Below, in pieces: positions 35,480 to 45,749 of a stretch of 64,000 nucleotides of DNA. The DNA comes from a virus. The first letter of the stretch is position 1. Every line of letters begins with the position of its first letter. The stretch covers positions 35,865 through 99,864 of the IMG/VR virus record IMGVR_UViG_3300017991_000072; one strand, 5' to 3'. The position numbers and the translations under genes are program-made. The notes beneath the pieces were generated by a model. That model saw nothing but the letters and a program-made list of their open reading frames with translations. It was not told the DNA's origin and ran no database searches.

Positions 35480-36289
35480 CTATACCGTCACAGCTTCCTG
35501 TAGCTGTTTTGTATCTTCAAAGGTCAGCGTCCTCCGGAACTCATTTGTGGGCGTGACCACGTCAGGTCCCGTGAACCTGTAGACCTGGTCCGTGTCAACG
35601 TCCACGAAGTAACAGCGTTCCGCCGTCCAGGACCCTGGGTTCATCATCCTCTGACCCTGGGGGAACACGAAGTCCCAGACATCATGTGTGTGGCCGCAGA
35701 TGTAACCAAAGTAGTCCTGGTTGAACTTGTCCATGGCCACCTTGGCGTAGTGTTTCCACCCTAGCCGCTTCCCTTCAGGGAAGACCTTGTCCACCATCCA
35801 GTTGGCCACCTGGACAGCCCGTTGGTCCAACTGTGGGAACAGCTTTTCCAAAGTCACCGCCGTAGCCAAGAACGTCTGGGCCGCCTTCAGGCCCTTGGGG
35901 GAGGAGACATCAAAGACGCCTCCTTCCCCCCAAACTGGGTCCTGTTCGTGGCCGTGTTCCCTCCACCATCTCCGCCCCTGGGAGTCAATGAACTCCCCTG
36001 GTTTGAAGATGTCCCAGGTGAACATGTGGTTCAGGTAGGTGATCCCATAGTCATGGTTCCCCGGTATGAATTGGATGTCCTGGGTGGACAGGCGTGAAAA
36101 GGTCTCTTCATAGACCTGTAGCGTCTTGACGTAGGTGTGGGGGTAAAGGTCAAATGTGTCCCCCAAAAGGGACAGCGTGTGTTCATCACCATGAACATAG
36201 AACCACTGACAGAATTCCAGGGCCACGGGGTTCTGGTCATTGGCCCGCTTGAAGCCCTGGAAATGAAAGTCAGCGCCGTGAATGTTCAT
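35480..36289 (-). CDS. Calcineurin-like metallophosphoesterase (LpxH-like)
   Basis: ADFH, LGDTFD, PGNHD, EHGH, CGHTH, NPGSW. Confidence 0.85.
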   Translation of the reverse strand: MNIHGADFHFQGFKRANDQNPVALEFCQWFYVHGDEHTLSLLGDTFDLYPHTYVKTLQVYEETFSRLSTQDIQFIPGNHDYGITYLNHMFTWDIFKPGEFIDSQGRRWWREHGHEQDPVWGEGGVFDVSSPKGLKAAQTFLATAVTLEKLFPQLDQRAVQVANWMVDKVFPEGKRLGWKHYAKVAMDKFNQDYFGYICGHTHDVWDFVFPQGQRMMNPGSWTAERCYFVDVDTDQVYRFTGPDVVTPTNEFRRTLTFEDTKQLQEAVTV

Positions 36290-36298
36290 GTGTTCTCC

Positions 36299-37039
36299 TT
36301 AGCTGTTGAAAGTGAAGGTCCCCAGTTGGATCTCCGGGGAAGCCCCCGTGTCTCCGCGTTGGTTCCACTTCCAGACCTTGACCTTCAGCGTTCCGCCTTC
36401 CTTGTAGACGATACAGGGGAAGGCCGTTCCTCTGTTGTTCGTGGCCCGCCACTTGATGTAGACGTTCCAGGAACCAGCGTGGGGTAGGGGAGCCCAGACG
36501 AACCCGCGCCTGGTCCCGTCCGCGCCAGTTTCCTTCTCTGGGTAGCCCGTGGCGTACAGATAGGGCTTGGCGTTGGGGTTCCCGTGGTCATCCGCCCGCG
36601 TCCAGTTCCTAGCGTCCCCAGGACAGTCACAGTAGGGAAGACTGGGGTCCTTTGGTTCGTTCCTGGGCTCCAGGTCTCCGTAGGAATACTTGACCTCCTG
36701 GCCCGTCTCCGCGTTCACAAACCTGACATGGATGAAACAGATACAGGATCCCCTGTCCTGGCCTCCAATGTATTGGGCCACATAGTTCTCCGTGGCCAGG
36801 ACAAACCCCGTATGGGCTCCGCTGGCCGCCGCGCCGTCATAGACAGGTCCTTCAGGAAGCCTGAACTCTATGGGGTCAGGTGGGTGGTCTTTCGTCTTGT
36901 GGTCATAGGACCCACAGACTTCACAAGGTTCATACTTCTCCATCTGTTTGTCCAGGATCTTCTGGAGCCAAGATGGGAGACTTTCCCTGATTGACTGGTA
37001 GATCTTGTAGAACCACTTCTTCTCATTTGATCCAGGCAT
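36299..37039 (-). CDS. Hypothetical protein
   Basis: 246-aa ORF. Confidence 0.65.
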   Translation of the reverse strand: MPGSNEKKWFYKIYQSIRESLPSWLQKILDKQMEKYEPCEVCGSYDHKTKDHPPDPIEFRLPEGPVYDGAAASGAHTGFVLATENYVAQYIGGQDRGSCICFIHVRFVNAETGQEVKYSYGDLEPRNEPKDPSLPYCDCPGDARNWTRADDHGNPNAKPYLYATGYPEKETGADGTRRGFVWAPLPHAGSWNVYIKWRATNNRGTAFPCIVYKEGGTLKVKVWKWNQRGDTGASPEIQLGTFTFNS

Positions 37040-37041
37040 GA

Positions 37042-38217
37042 TCAGCCCTCCAATTCGTCCCAGGTGGTCATGGTGACCTCCCTGGTCTCTGGCTCCTTGT
37101 CCTTGATCGTTGGGACCAGAAGCCGCTTCCGTAGTTTGGGCATTAAAGCCGCGTTCATTCTCATGATCACCCCAGGGGTGACCTCCTCTATGACCTCCTC
37201 TTGTAGGATCCAGGCCACTACAGAACAGACATCAGAGTCATCCCACTCCCGTAGCTTCCGCCCATTCTGTAGCGCCTGGATGATTTCCACGTAAGCCCGC
37301 CGCTGTTCCAAGTCCTTGACCGCGTACCATCTGAACTTCTTGACCCAGTCATTGACATCTTGATCAGACAGGGGTCCAGGGGGAACTCTGAAATCCCAGT
37401 AGGGGGTGGTGGTCTTCCGTTCATCCAGCCAATGTTGAAGCCGCGTGTAGGCTATCAGCGCCGTTCTGGACAGCTCCGCCTTCTCCCTCTTGGCTATCTT
37501 GGACCAGTCAAGCCCCTCCGCTTCAAAGTCCTCCTTCATCTGGACCCAGTCATCTTGTCTGTGGCGTGACAGCGTCTTCACCTTCTCTTCAGCGTCATCC
37601 CAGTAGTATAGACAGCCCCACCTTTCCGTGGTCTTCCAGGTGGTGGAGTCCGTGGTGTAGTAGATCCCCTTCTTCATGGACCAGTCATCAGTTATTCCAA
37701 AGCCGTGGACCCGGCACAGATAGGCCCTGGCCAGTGTTGTCAGATCCTCTACCACTTCCCTGTTCAGCCCCTTGGTGATCCCCACGTAGGGAAACCGCTG
37801 ACACATGGTCTCCCACACCTGTGGCCCCATCTCTGGGTGGAAGACCCTGATCACAGGGACCCGTAGCTGGTCAAACAGGTCCCACCATTCCATGACCTGT
37901 TCCAGCCCAACCCATTCATCCACGTCCAGCTCCACAGCCGCCCAGATGTAGTCCTGGTAGATCTCCAGCCAGGACAGGTATTCATCCAGGTAGGCTTTGA
38001 AGTCATCCGTGTCCAGCTCCCGCCCCTTCTTCTGGAACGTGTAGGCTCCACTGTCAACCATGAAGTCCACGTCTGGGTTGGCCTCCTTCCTCTGGATGAT
38101 TATGTCCGGTCTTTCCCTCATTTTCCAATAGGATACCAGGACCGCGTCCACCTTGTATTCCGTGGCCAGGTTGAAGTAGAACCGTTCGTCACATCCGCCA
38201 AAGAAGATCCTAGTCAC
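37042..38217 (-). CDS. DpdA-like (TGT-fold) DNA guanine transglycosylase
   Basis: VDSGAYT, ELDV, VFH, YVGI, VHGFG, TDSTTW motifs typical of phage DpdA/TGT-like proteins; queC/queD nearby. Confidence 0.7.
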   Translation of the reverse strand: MTRIFFGGCDERFYFNLATEYKVDAVLVSYWKMRERPDIIIQRKEANPDVDFMVDSGAYTFQKKGRELDTDDFKAYLDEYLSWLEIYQDYIWAAVELDVDEWVGLEQVMEWWDLFDQLRVPVIRVFHPEMGPQVWETMCQRFPYVGITKGLNREVVEDLTTLARAYLCRVHGFGITDDWSMKKGIYYTTDSTTWKTTERWGCLYYWDDAEEKVKTLSRHRQDDWVQMKEDFEAEGLDWSKIAKREKAELSRTALIAYTRLQHWLDERKTTTPYWDFRVPPGPLSDQDVNDWVKKFRWYAVKDLEQRRAYVEIIQALQNGRKLREWDDSDVCSVVAWILQEEVIEEVTPGVIMRMNAALMPKLRKRLLVPTIKDKEPETREVTMTTWDELEG

Positions 38218-38405
38218 TTCTTCTTCCTATCTGACCAGGACTCCTTCCAGCCCTGTTCTTCAGGTGGGGTGTCTATGTCTATGTCCGCCATCTTCGCCAG
38301 AAGCTTGACCAGCCCCACAGCTCCAGTCAGACAGAACAAGATCACCAGCCCCGTGATGGAGATGGCCGCCGCACATTTACAAACCAACAGGATAGTCTCC
38401 GCCAT
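38214..38405 (-). CDS. Small membrane protein
   Basis: TM helix, SD. Confidence 0.55.
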   Translation of the reverse strand: MAETILLVCKCAAAISITGLVILFCLTGAVGLVKLLAKMADIDIDTPPEEQGWKESWSDRKKK

Positions 38406-38667
38406 TCAGTCCTCCTTGAAATGGTAGGTCACTAGCCCCAACCCACGCCTTGATGTGACCCGTGGCCAGGCTGTCATCCTCCTTGACACCGGTGTCATCC
38501 TGGCCGCCCTGGATTTCACTTCCTCTTCCTCCGCTTCTCCGTGAACCAGTCAAAGATAGCCCAGGTCAGCCACCCTGACGCCAGAACCAACAGAATGGTC
38601 AGGGTCAGGAAGAAGAAGAACCCACAGACCAAAAACATGGTCATGGTGACCTCTTCCAAAAACGTCA

Positions 38668-39027
38668 TCAGTCATCATCTCCTTCATCCAGGTAGCCGCC
38701 CATCTTCTCCAGACGCCTGGCACACCTGGCCCGACAGACCAAGAAATGGGTGGGCTTCCAATCCACGCCCGCCCTTTCCAGCCTCTTCTCCTTGATGTTC
38801 CACGTGTTGACCCAGATCCGCTCCTGGGGTGTGGTAGGAACTCCGCACAGCTCACAGGCTATGATGGGTCCTTCTCCCTTGGTGGTCTTCTTCTGGGTCT
38901 TGATGGCCCAGGGGAAGGTCCGCCCGTAGGTCTCCGCCGCCCTGGCTGGCCCCGTCCTCTTGGGGGGCTCCTTCGCCTTGGTGGCCGCCTTCTCCTTGAC
39001 CTTGTCCATCCACAACAGAGCCGTCAT
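38668..39027 (-). CDS. Hypothetical protein with CxxC
   Basis: ORF. Confidence 0.55.
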   Translation of the reverse strand: MTALLWMDKVKEKAATKAKEPPKRTGPARAAETYGRTFPWAIKTQKKTTKGEGPIIACELCGVPTTPQERIWVNTWNIKEKRLERAGVDWKPTHFLVCRARCARRLEKMGGYLDEGDDD

Positions 39028-39986
39028 GACTTTCTAGCCTCCCTGACTTCTGTTCCTGTCTTGTGTAGGACTTCCCTGAATTCATTGAACTCCTGGGGGG
39101 TCAGCCCGCGTGTCAGCTTGACCAGTTCCTCCTCCTTGTCCTTGGACTGTCCGTCCACTACCAGGGAGATGGCCGCCTCCATGACCTCCTTGACCTTGGG
39201 TGACATCTTCATCCCGTTCAAGGTGGATGTCCTGATGTCTGGTGGCGTGGCCGCTTTCCCCGCTGGTCCCGCGTTCTTCTTCTCCTTCTTGGGTGGGGGC
39301 TTTGGCTTCTCCTTCTCTACCTTGGGCCGTTCCTTGATCTGACCAGGTCTCCGTCTCCTCCGCCTGGACGGGAAAGCGTGGGCCTGGGTGACCCCCTCCA
39401 CTGTCTTCCAGTAGAAGGCCGCCAGCTCTTCAGGGCTGTCAAAGACTTCAGAAGGAGCCTCTGACAAGACATACATGAAGGAGTCAAAGTCCACATCAGT
39501 GTCCAGGTTGAACAGCGTGGTGGCCGTGAACTCCTTGGCTTCTGGGACCCCGTCCAAGATCATCCGCCGCCTGTTGGGGTTGTAGAAATCCAGGACCAGC
39601 CCGTTGGTGTCCACGATCTTGACCAGGGCCTCCCCGCTTTCTTCGTCCTTCCCTAGCCAGTTCTTCCCCGCGTTGGTCCTTCGCCAGTTCTTGTCAATCT
39701 TCCACCCTTTGGCCATCCCGCCCAGGGACAGCGTGTCTCCCATAGCCATCAGAAGGTCCCGTTCACAGAAGATCAGATCCACCATGAACAGCCTGTCATC
39801 CATGGCCGCGTTCTTCCCTGGGTAGAAGACGTGGGTCCCTGTCTTGGAGTAGGAGGCCCAGACTTCCGTCAAGCCCGTGGCCACCACAGCCCGCCTGACT
39901 TCCTTCTTGTCAGCCAGGTAGGCCGCCGCCACACAGAAGAGCGCCGCGCCCTGGTCAGTCCTGATCTTGGACAGCGTGAACAACAT
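39024..39986 (-). CDS. Hypothetical protein
   Basis: 320-aa ORF. Confidence 0.7.
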   Translation of the reverse strand: MLFTLSKIRTDQGAALFCVAAAYLADKKEVRRAVVATGLTEVWASYSKTGTHVFYPGKNAAMDDRLFMVDLIFCERDLLMAMGDTLSLGGMAKGWKIDKNWRRTNAGKNWLGKDEESGEALVKIVDTNGLVLDFYNPNRRRMILDGVPEAKEFTATTLFNLDTDVDFDSFMYVLSEAPSEVFDSPEELAAFYWKTVEGVTQAHAFPSRRRRRRPGQIKERPKVEKEKPKPPPKKEKKNAGPAGKAATPPDIRTSTLNGMKMSPKVKEVMEAAISLVVDGQSKDKEEELVKLTRGLTPQEFNEFREVLHKTGTEVREARKS

Positions 39987-39987
39987 G

Positions 39988-41592
39988 TCAGTCCCTCCCC
40001 TTCACCGTGGTCACGATGTCCGCCAGGTCAGCCGTGGCTGAATTCATGATGGAGTAGCTGGTGGCCGCGTTGTAGAGCGTGTCATCAGTCCAGTCCTCCG
40101 TGTTCATGTAGTAGGTGGCGTCAGACATCTGGATCACGTGTAGCTCCGTGTCCTGGAAATTGGGAAGGTGTTCTGGCTTTAGGCCCTGTTCAGCGTCCGT
40201 CAGGAGAAGGATCTTGGCCCGCCCAAGATCAGAGTCCTGGGCCGCCCTGGCTTTCCTGATGTCCTTGACCGCCTGTTTCAGCGCCACGTCTATGGCCGTG
40301 GAGCCTCCGTTGAAGTCCGCCAGCCCTATGATCCGCCCAATGTGGGCAAAGCCCGCGTCAGTCTTCGCCGTGTATAGCTTCCCCGGCCTCCCCGCGAAGG
40401 AACGGAAGTAGGCCACCCCGTTCTTGGCGTTGATGTCATTCAGGAAGGCCAGGGAGAAGGCGGAAGCAAAGCCGCCCTTAGACAGCGTCCATCCGCCCCT
40501 CTTCTGGGCCGCCCTGACGGAGATCTGGTCCATCATGGACCCTGACACGTCCACCAGGATGTAGAGTAGGGGCCGCCCCACGTGTTCCTGGTGTTCGTTC
40601 ACCATCAGCGTCCCGTCAGCTATCTTCTGGAAGAAGACATCATCATCCATAGCCTGTTCCCTGGGGAGCGCGTCCACAGCCTGGGAAATATCGTGGATGG
40701 TGGTGACATCTTCGTCATCCGCTGGCGTAGGGGTCCTGTTCTTCTGGCTGTCTTCGTGGGTGTTCAAGGCCCCTTCAATGAAGGTGACGATGTCCAGAAT
40801 GGTCAAGATCCTGGGGTCCAGCCGTCCCGCTACCTGTTCCACAGCGCCCAGGAAGGCGGATCCTGTGAACGTGGACTGGGACTTCCCCTTTCCACCGGGG
40901 CCTCCGCCGCCGAAGACCCGCCCGCCTCCGCCGTCTTCATCGTTCTCTCCATCTGTCCCGCCAGCGCCAAGGATCTTCTTCAGCTCTTCCTCCACCTGGG
41001 GGTCTATGGGAACATTGATCCCCTGGGGAAGGATGGCCTCCAGGAACTTCCCTTCTGGAAGCTTGGCCGCGCCGCCCAGGAACCCTCCCTGGACCACGTT
41101 GGAGAACAGCTTGTTCAGGTAGTCAGCGCCGTAGCCCACCAAGGAGATCAGCCCGCTGGACGGGGGGTCAGGACAGTCTTCATGAACCAGCTTGTCCGGA
41201 TAGGTAGTGTCATCCAGCCGCGCCACAGCTATGTGGGCTCCGAACAGACAGTGATGTTGAAGATTGCACTTCTGACAGGTCTGGATCCGCCTGATCTTGG
41301 ACAAGGTCAGGAGGACTCCCACCAACTGTTCAGCCTCCTCCATGAAGGAGTCCGCCTTGACCTGTCCCCAGTAGGGCGTCTGTTCCAAGGAGGAGATCAG
41401 CTCCCGCCTCTGACAGTATTCCGTGAACTGGGGTCCCATGAAGATCCCCAATTCCTGGCTTGACTTGACCCGCCCGCCGCGCCTGTACTTCAGAAGGTCA
41501 AGAAACAAAGAACCTTCCACGCCGTACTGAACGCCGTGTTCTTCCGCCGCCTTTTGTTCTTCCTGTGTGGTCTGTCCGTCCACTATCTCCAT
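39988..41592 (-). CDS. vWA-domain protein (partner of the MoxR ATPase)
   Basis: YILVDVSGSM MIDAS, GGSTAI, ILLLTD. Confidence 0.85.
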   Translation of the reverse strand: MEIVDGQTTQEEQKAAEEHGVQYGVEGSLFLDLLKYRRGGRVKSSQELGIFMGPQFTEYCQRRELISSLEQTPYWGQVKADSFMEEAEQLVGVLLTLSKIRRIQTCQKCNLQHHCLFGAHIAVARLDDTTYPDKLVHEDCPDPPSSGLISLVGYGADYLNKLFSNVVQGGFLGGAAKLPEGKFLEAILPQGINVPIDPQVEEELKKILGAGGTDGENDEDGGGGRVFGGGGPGGKGKSQSTFTGSAFLGAVEQVAGRLDPRILTILDIVTFIEGALNTHEDSQKNRTPTPADDEDVTTIHDISQAVDALPREQAMDDDVFFQKIADGTLMVNEHQEHVGRPLLYILVDVSGSMMDQISVRAAQKRGGWTLSKGGFASAFSLAFLNDINAKNGVAYFRSFAGRPGKLYTAKTDAGFAHIGRIIGLADFNGGSTAIDVALKQAVKDIRKARAAQDSDLGRAKILLLTDAEQGLKPEHLPNFQDTELHVIQMSDATYYMNTEDWTDDTLYNAATSYSIMNSATADLADIVTTVKGRD

Positions 41593-42718
41593 CTGTAGCC
41601 CTTTCCCGGAGCGCGTCCGTGGCCTGGCCCCGGAGCGTTTCTATGGTGTCCGCTATTCCCTTGACCCGTTCGTCCAGCTCTGGTCCCAGGGACTTGGTGG
41701 CCAGGCCCGTGTAGTAGGCGTCAAGACGTAGAAGGTTCTGGCTGACCTCCGTCAGCCACCTGGGGTCAGCCTTCTTCCGCGTGAACGCCCGCCTGAACTT
41801 CCCCAGAAGGTTCTCCGCCGCCCTGACATTGTTGTAGATGGCGTCTTCCGCGCCCATCTTCTTGGACACGTTCTCCAGCTTCTTCCAGAAGTCCGCCGGG
41901 TTTCCGCCCATGGGGACGATGGCCCAACACAGGGCCGCCAGATCTATGGCCGTGACCACGTTGTCCCCGCGTAGCCAAGCGTGGGCCTTCATCAGGTCCA
42001 GACACCAGACCCGCCTCCTGGGGGAGATCACGGAGTAGGCGTCCTGACAACTGTCCAAGAACTCCGCCACGTAGGACAGCGTGAACGTGGACACGTGGAC
42101 CTTCTTGACGGAGTCCCGCGCCGCCCTGAACTGTTTGAAGGACATCCGCTTCATGGGCTTCTTGTCCATGGACTGTTGGAACATCTTGACCTGGTCCGCC
42201 TGGGACATCTGGCCGTTCACTTCCATCCTGACCAAGAACCTGTCCATGACCGCGTCCGTGGCCAGCTCTGGCTTGTAGTAGTTCGTGGTGGCCAGGACAG
42301 AGATCAGAGGACAGCGTTGAACGTGGCCCGTGTTCCTGGAGAAGGTCCGTTCATTCAGGACTTCCAGGATGGACCGAAGGAGCCCAGGATGGGCGTCAAA
42401 CAGTTCATCCAAGAACCCAAAATGACAGTCCACCAGGGAGCCTTGGGTGTTATGCTCCACTATCGCCTGGGTCCTGTACTTCTGAAGGTTCATGGGTCCA
42501 AAGATGTAGTCAGGGGACATGTCCCTGGCCAACTGGATCTTGAAGACGCTGGCCCCCTTGATCCCCCCAAGGAGAAGGGACGCCAACATGGACTTCCCTA
42601 TCCCTGGGGGGCCTTTCAAGAGGACGTGTTGGCCAGCCAGCATAGCCAGCCCTGTCTGGTTGACTATTTCCTGTCTGTTGACCAGCCTATTGGATACTTC
42701 CGCCAGTAGCCTCTTCAT
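41498..42718 (-). CDS. MoxR/RavA-family AAA+ ATPase
   Basis: GPPGIGKS, FLDELFDA, ILEVLNER, AVMDRF, ISPRR. Confidence 0.9.
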   Translation of the reverse strand: MKRLLAEVSNRLVNRQEIVNQTGLAMLAGQHVLLKGPPGIGKSMLASLLLGGIKGASVFKIQLARDMSPDYIFGPMNLQKYRTQAIVEHNTQGSLVDCHFGFLDELFDAHPGLLRSILEVLNERTFSRNTGHVQRCPLISVLATTNYYKPELATDAVMDRFLVRMEVNGQMSQADQVKMFQQSMDKKPMKRMSFKQFRAARDSVKKVHVSTFTLSYVAEFLDSCQDAYSVISPRRRVWCLDLMKAHAWLRGDNVVTAIDLAALCWAIVPMGGNPADFWKKLENVSKKMGAEDAIYNNVRAAENLLGKFRRAFTRKKADPRWLTEVSQNLLRLDAYYTGLATKSLGPELDERVKGIADTIETLRGQATDALRERATDGDSGRTDHTGRTKGGGRTRRSVRRGRFFVS

Positions 42719-42721
42719 TCT

Positions 42722-43834
42722 CTACTCCGCCTTGATGACCTCTACCACGTCCCCGTTGGGGAAGATCATGAAATACTGGACCCCGTCAGGTCCCTCCGTC
42801 TGTCCCACAAACTCCGTGTCCACGGGGCCTTCCTCCGCGCCGTCCTTCCAGGTGAAGGTGTCATCCCCTTCATAGGTGTCCAGGGGGAGCCCGTTGGCGA
42901 ACCCACAGCCGTTGTGAAGGTATCCTTCACCCCAGTCATGACGGAGCCCGCTGTCATCGTAGAAGGCCGCTTCAAACCTGATGACCACGTCCTTGTCAGA
43001 CATCCCGTTCAGCTCTTCCTGAACCACAGCCGGAAGCTTGGGGACCCACCATTCCCTGGCCTCTTCCAGGGAGTCCTTGTAGTCATCCCCCACCATGGCC
43101 TTGGCCAGGTCCAGGAAGGAGGACCAGTCAAAGGCTAGTCTGACATCGTCCTCTTCATCATCCTCTTCTTCCTCTTCTTCAGGGTCCTCTTCTTCATCGG
43201 ACTGGTCATCCCCTGACCCCGCTTTTTCCGGATCTTCCTCTTCTTCGTCATCCTGGCCTGGATCTCCGTCTTCTTCGTCATCCTGACCATCCGCTTCCGG
43301 TTCCCCGTCTTCTTCGTCCTCCTGGTCTTCTTCCTCTTCTTCTGACCCGGCTGGAACGTCTCCGCTATCCTGTCCAGTAGGCTCTTCCTCTTCATCATCC
43401 TGGTCATCCTCCTCTTCTGGCTTCTCCACTACGCGCCCGTCAGCCAGGATCTCCCCCACCCTGGCGGAGATTTCGGAAAGAAGGAACGTCAGGTCAGCGT
43501 TCTCCAGCTCCACGCCAATCAGCTTCCCCGCTTCCTCCGCTTCTTCCAGCGTGGGGTCATAGTCCAGATCCGCTTCATAGGCCCCGATCAAGACGCCCAA
43601 CATCTTCCGCATCATGGGGACCCTGGTCTTGGGCTCAAACTTGAACCCTAGCGCCGCCGCCTGTTCCAACAGCTCCGCCTTCTTCATCTTGTTCAGCTCT
43701 GACAGAAGGGGGAGGACCCGTAGCTTGTCCCCTATAGCCTTTTCAGGGGAGACCGCCTCCCCAGTCAGGAGCGCCTGGGCCTTCTTCAACATCCCCATGG
43801 CGTCTTCAATCAGTCCAACAGCTTCCTGGCTCAT
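42722..43834 (-). CDS. Protein with a long D/E-rich linker
   Basis: GGAGG SD before ATG 43834; own promoter. Confidence 0.7.
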   Translation of the reverse strand: MSQEAVGLIEDAMGMLKKAQALLTGEAVSPEKAIGDKLRVLPLLSELNKMKKAELLEQAAALGFKFEPKTRVPMMRKMLGVLIGAYEADLDYDPTLEEAEEAGKLIGVELENADLTFLLSEISARVGEILADGRVVEKPEEEDDQDDEEEEPTGQDSGDVPAGSEEEEEDQEDEEDGEPEADGQDDEEDGDPGQDDEEEEDPEKAGSGDDQSDEEEDPEEEEEEDDEEDDVRLAFDWSSFLDLAKAMVGDDYKDSLEEAREWWVPKLPAVVQEELNGMSDKDVVIRFEAAFYDDSGLRHDWGEGYLHNGCGFANGLPLDTYEGDDTFTWKDGAEEGPVDTEFVGQTEGPDGVQYFMIFPNGDVVEVIKAE

Positions 43835-43883
43835 GTTTCCTCCTTGTCTCTTGGAGACCTCCATTTTGGAACTTTTGTCCCAT

Positions 43884-43912
43884 ACGTTAACACGTGACTA
43901 CAAACCTGTCAA
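43884..43912 (-). promoter_or_regulatory. Sigma70 promoter (minus strand)
   Basis: TTGACA-17-TAACGT with upstream T tract. Confidence 0.65.
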
Positions 43913-43951
43913 GAAAAAAATGCTCATAGGGACCCACCCCGGGAGAAAAAT

Positions 43952-44452
43952 TCAGTCTGGGGGGTCCTCTGGATGGAACCAAGAACGGAACCCGTGGACC
44001 ATCCCTTCCGCCTCCTCCCTGAACTTCTGGTCCTCTGGATCCTGTCCGCTGAAGACCGCCCCCGCGCCTGGTGACTCTGTGATCTGGACCGTGTGGCCCA
44101 GGGCGTCATGAAGCCCCAGAGCCCTGAAAGCGTACCAGAAGAACCTGGCCAGGTTCTCCACAGTAGGAGGACCAGGGATCAGGAACAGGTCATACTCCTC
44201 CCCGTCCAAGGCTGTCTCCAGCTTCTCCACGATGGGATCCGCGTAGTCCAGGACCAGCCTGTGGTCCATGGCCCACTGGGAGAACCTGTCAAAGTCCCTG
44301 AAGTCAGAGAAGTCCATGACCATCTCCGTGTCAGGGTCCCCGTAGACCGTGACGTTGATCTGGTAGGTGTGGCCGTGGATCATCTGACAGCTCCGGACAT
44401 CCTTCAGCCTGTGGGCCGCCGCCAGGGGTTTCAGGTGTCTGAAGATCTTCAT
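43952..44452 (-). CDS. queD: 6-carboxy-5,6,7,8-tetrahydropterin synthase
   Basis: AAHRL, CQMIHGHTY, MVMDFSD, DHR, PTVENLA, ITES. Confidence 0.9.
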   Translation of the reverse strand: MKIFRHLKPLAAAHRLKDVRSCQMIHGHTYQINVTVYGDPDTEMVMDFSDFRDFDRFSQWAMDHRLVLDYADPIVEKLETALDGEEYDLFLIPGPPTVENLARFFWYAFRALGLHDALGHTVQITESPGAGAVFSGQDPEDQKFREEAEGMVHGFRSWFHPEDPPD

Positions 44453-45162
44453 AGGTCCCTCCGCTTGTCATCTTCCAACATCCCCTGAAAGACCCGCCAT
44501 CCCTCCGCCCTGACTTCACAGGACGAACAAGCCCCACAGCCCCGTCCCCAGTCATGTTTCTTCAGGTCCAACTTCCTCTTCCTGAAGTAGGTCATACAGG
44601 AGACCGTCTCCAGGGCCAGGTCCAGGATGTCCATCTTGTGGGCCGCGTAGAACAGCTCCGCCTCCGAACAGCCCCAGATGGGTGTGGTGACGTTGACGTT
44701 CATCCCTATCCCCTGGCTGATGGCCTTGTGGGCCGCCATGATGAACTCCTCTGACTGATCAGGGTAGACCGCGCCTGGTTCATCTCCGTCCTCCATGTGG
44801 ACGGAGAAGGCTATGTCCGTGGCCTGGTATCTGGCCGCGAAGGTGGCCGCTATTGACAGGTAGACCAGGTTCCTACCAAACATCACGTCAGGAGCCTGGC
44901 CCAACATCCGCCCCGCCCGCTTCCACAGATCAGAGATCCTGACCGTCTCCAGCTTCACCAGCCTGGTCTTCCACATGGCCTCTGACAGCTTCTTAGCTTC
45001 CCTGACCAGCTTGGTGGAGATCTTCCTGAATTCCCCCATGGCTTGGCCGTGTTCAATGTAGACACAGACCACGCCATGACCAGAGACCACCAGTTCAAAC
45101 AGCGTGACCGCGCTGTCTAGCCCCCCAGATAGAAGTAGAACCGTGTCCGCCTGTTTCTTCAT
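44449..45162 (-). CDS. queC: 7-cyano-7-deazaguanine synthase
   Basis: LLSGGLDS, GRN, YPD, TVSC...GCGACSSC..R. Confidence 0.9.
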   Translation of the reverse strand: MKKQADTVLLLSGGLDSAVTLFELVVSGHGVVCVYIEHGQAMGEFRKISTKLVREAKKLSEAMWKTRLVKLETVRISDLWKRAGRMLGQAPDVMFGRNLVYLSIAATFAARYQATDIAFSVHMEDGDEPGAVYPDQSEEFIMAAHKAISQGIGMNVNVTTPIWGCSEAELFYAAHKMDILDLALETVSCMTYFRKRKLDLKKHDWGRGCGACSSCEVRAEGWRVFQGMLEDDKRRDL

Positions 45163-45245
45163 CGTCCTGTCCTTCCGTGACTTCGTGTGGTGGAAGGGGA
45201 GGGACGCCGGGAACGCCCCTCCCCGCCCTGTTGGAGTGAACACTG

Positions 45246-45749
45246 TTAGGACTTCTTAGCCTTGGCCCGCCTTTCCCGCTGTAGCCTCATTTTCCGCCGC
45301 TTGGCTGGTTCCTTCTTAGGGTTGGCCTTGTAGTAGCTGTCCCATCTCTTGACAGCCGCTTTCCTGGCCTGGGACTTCCGCTGTTTCGCTGACTTCTTCT
45401 TGGCCTTCTGTTTCCTGATCTGTTCTCTGACAGCCCGCTTGACCGCCGCCTGTCTGGCCCTGGCCGCCACGTTCCCAACAGGTGGAAGGCCCCTGACCGC
45501 TCTGGCCTTGTTCTCCCGCCTGATGGCCCAAGCGTGTTTCCCGCGCTGACTTGGAGTCATGTGGCCCATGGCCATGACTGTGACCAGCCTGGCCTTCTCC
45601 ACTTTCTTGATCACGTCCAGCGCCGCCCGTGTCACGTCTTCAGGGTAGATAGCGTCCCCCATTCCTGACGCTATCTTGGCCGCCTGTATCGCGCCCACCA
45701 TCCCTCTGAAGAGCGTGGACGGGAGGAACTTCTTCTTCCCTCTACCCAT
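45246..45749 (-). CDS. Highly basic (K/R-rich) protein
   Basis: Composition; SD. Confidence 0.65.
   Translation of the reverse strand: MGRGKKKFLPSTLFRGMVGAIQAAKIASGMGDAIYPEDVTRAALDVIKKVEKARLVTVMAMGHMTPSQRGKHAWAIRRENKARAVRGLPPVGNVAARARQAAVKRAVREQIRKQKAKKKSAKQRKSQARKAAVKRWDSYYKANPKKEPAKRRKMRLQRERRAKAKKS

Noticed and set aside
38797-38812. Second parS (TGTTCCACGTGTTGAC)
   Set aside because: The right arm is broken and the site lies inside a CDS.
45165-45245. preQ1 riboswitch upstream of queC
   Set aside because: Only a GC hairpin; no preQ1 aptamer core or A-rich tail.
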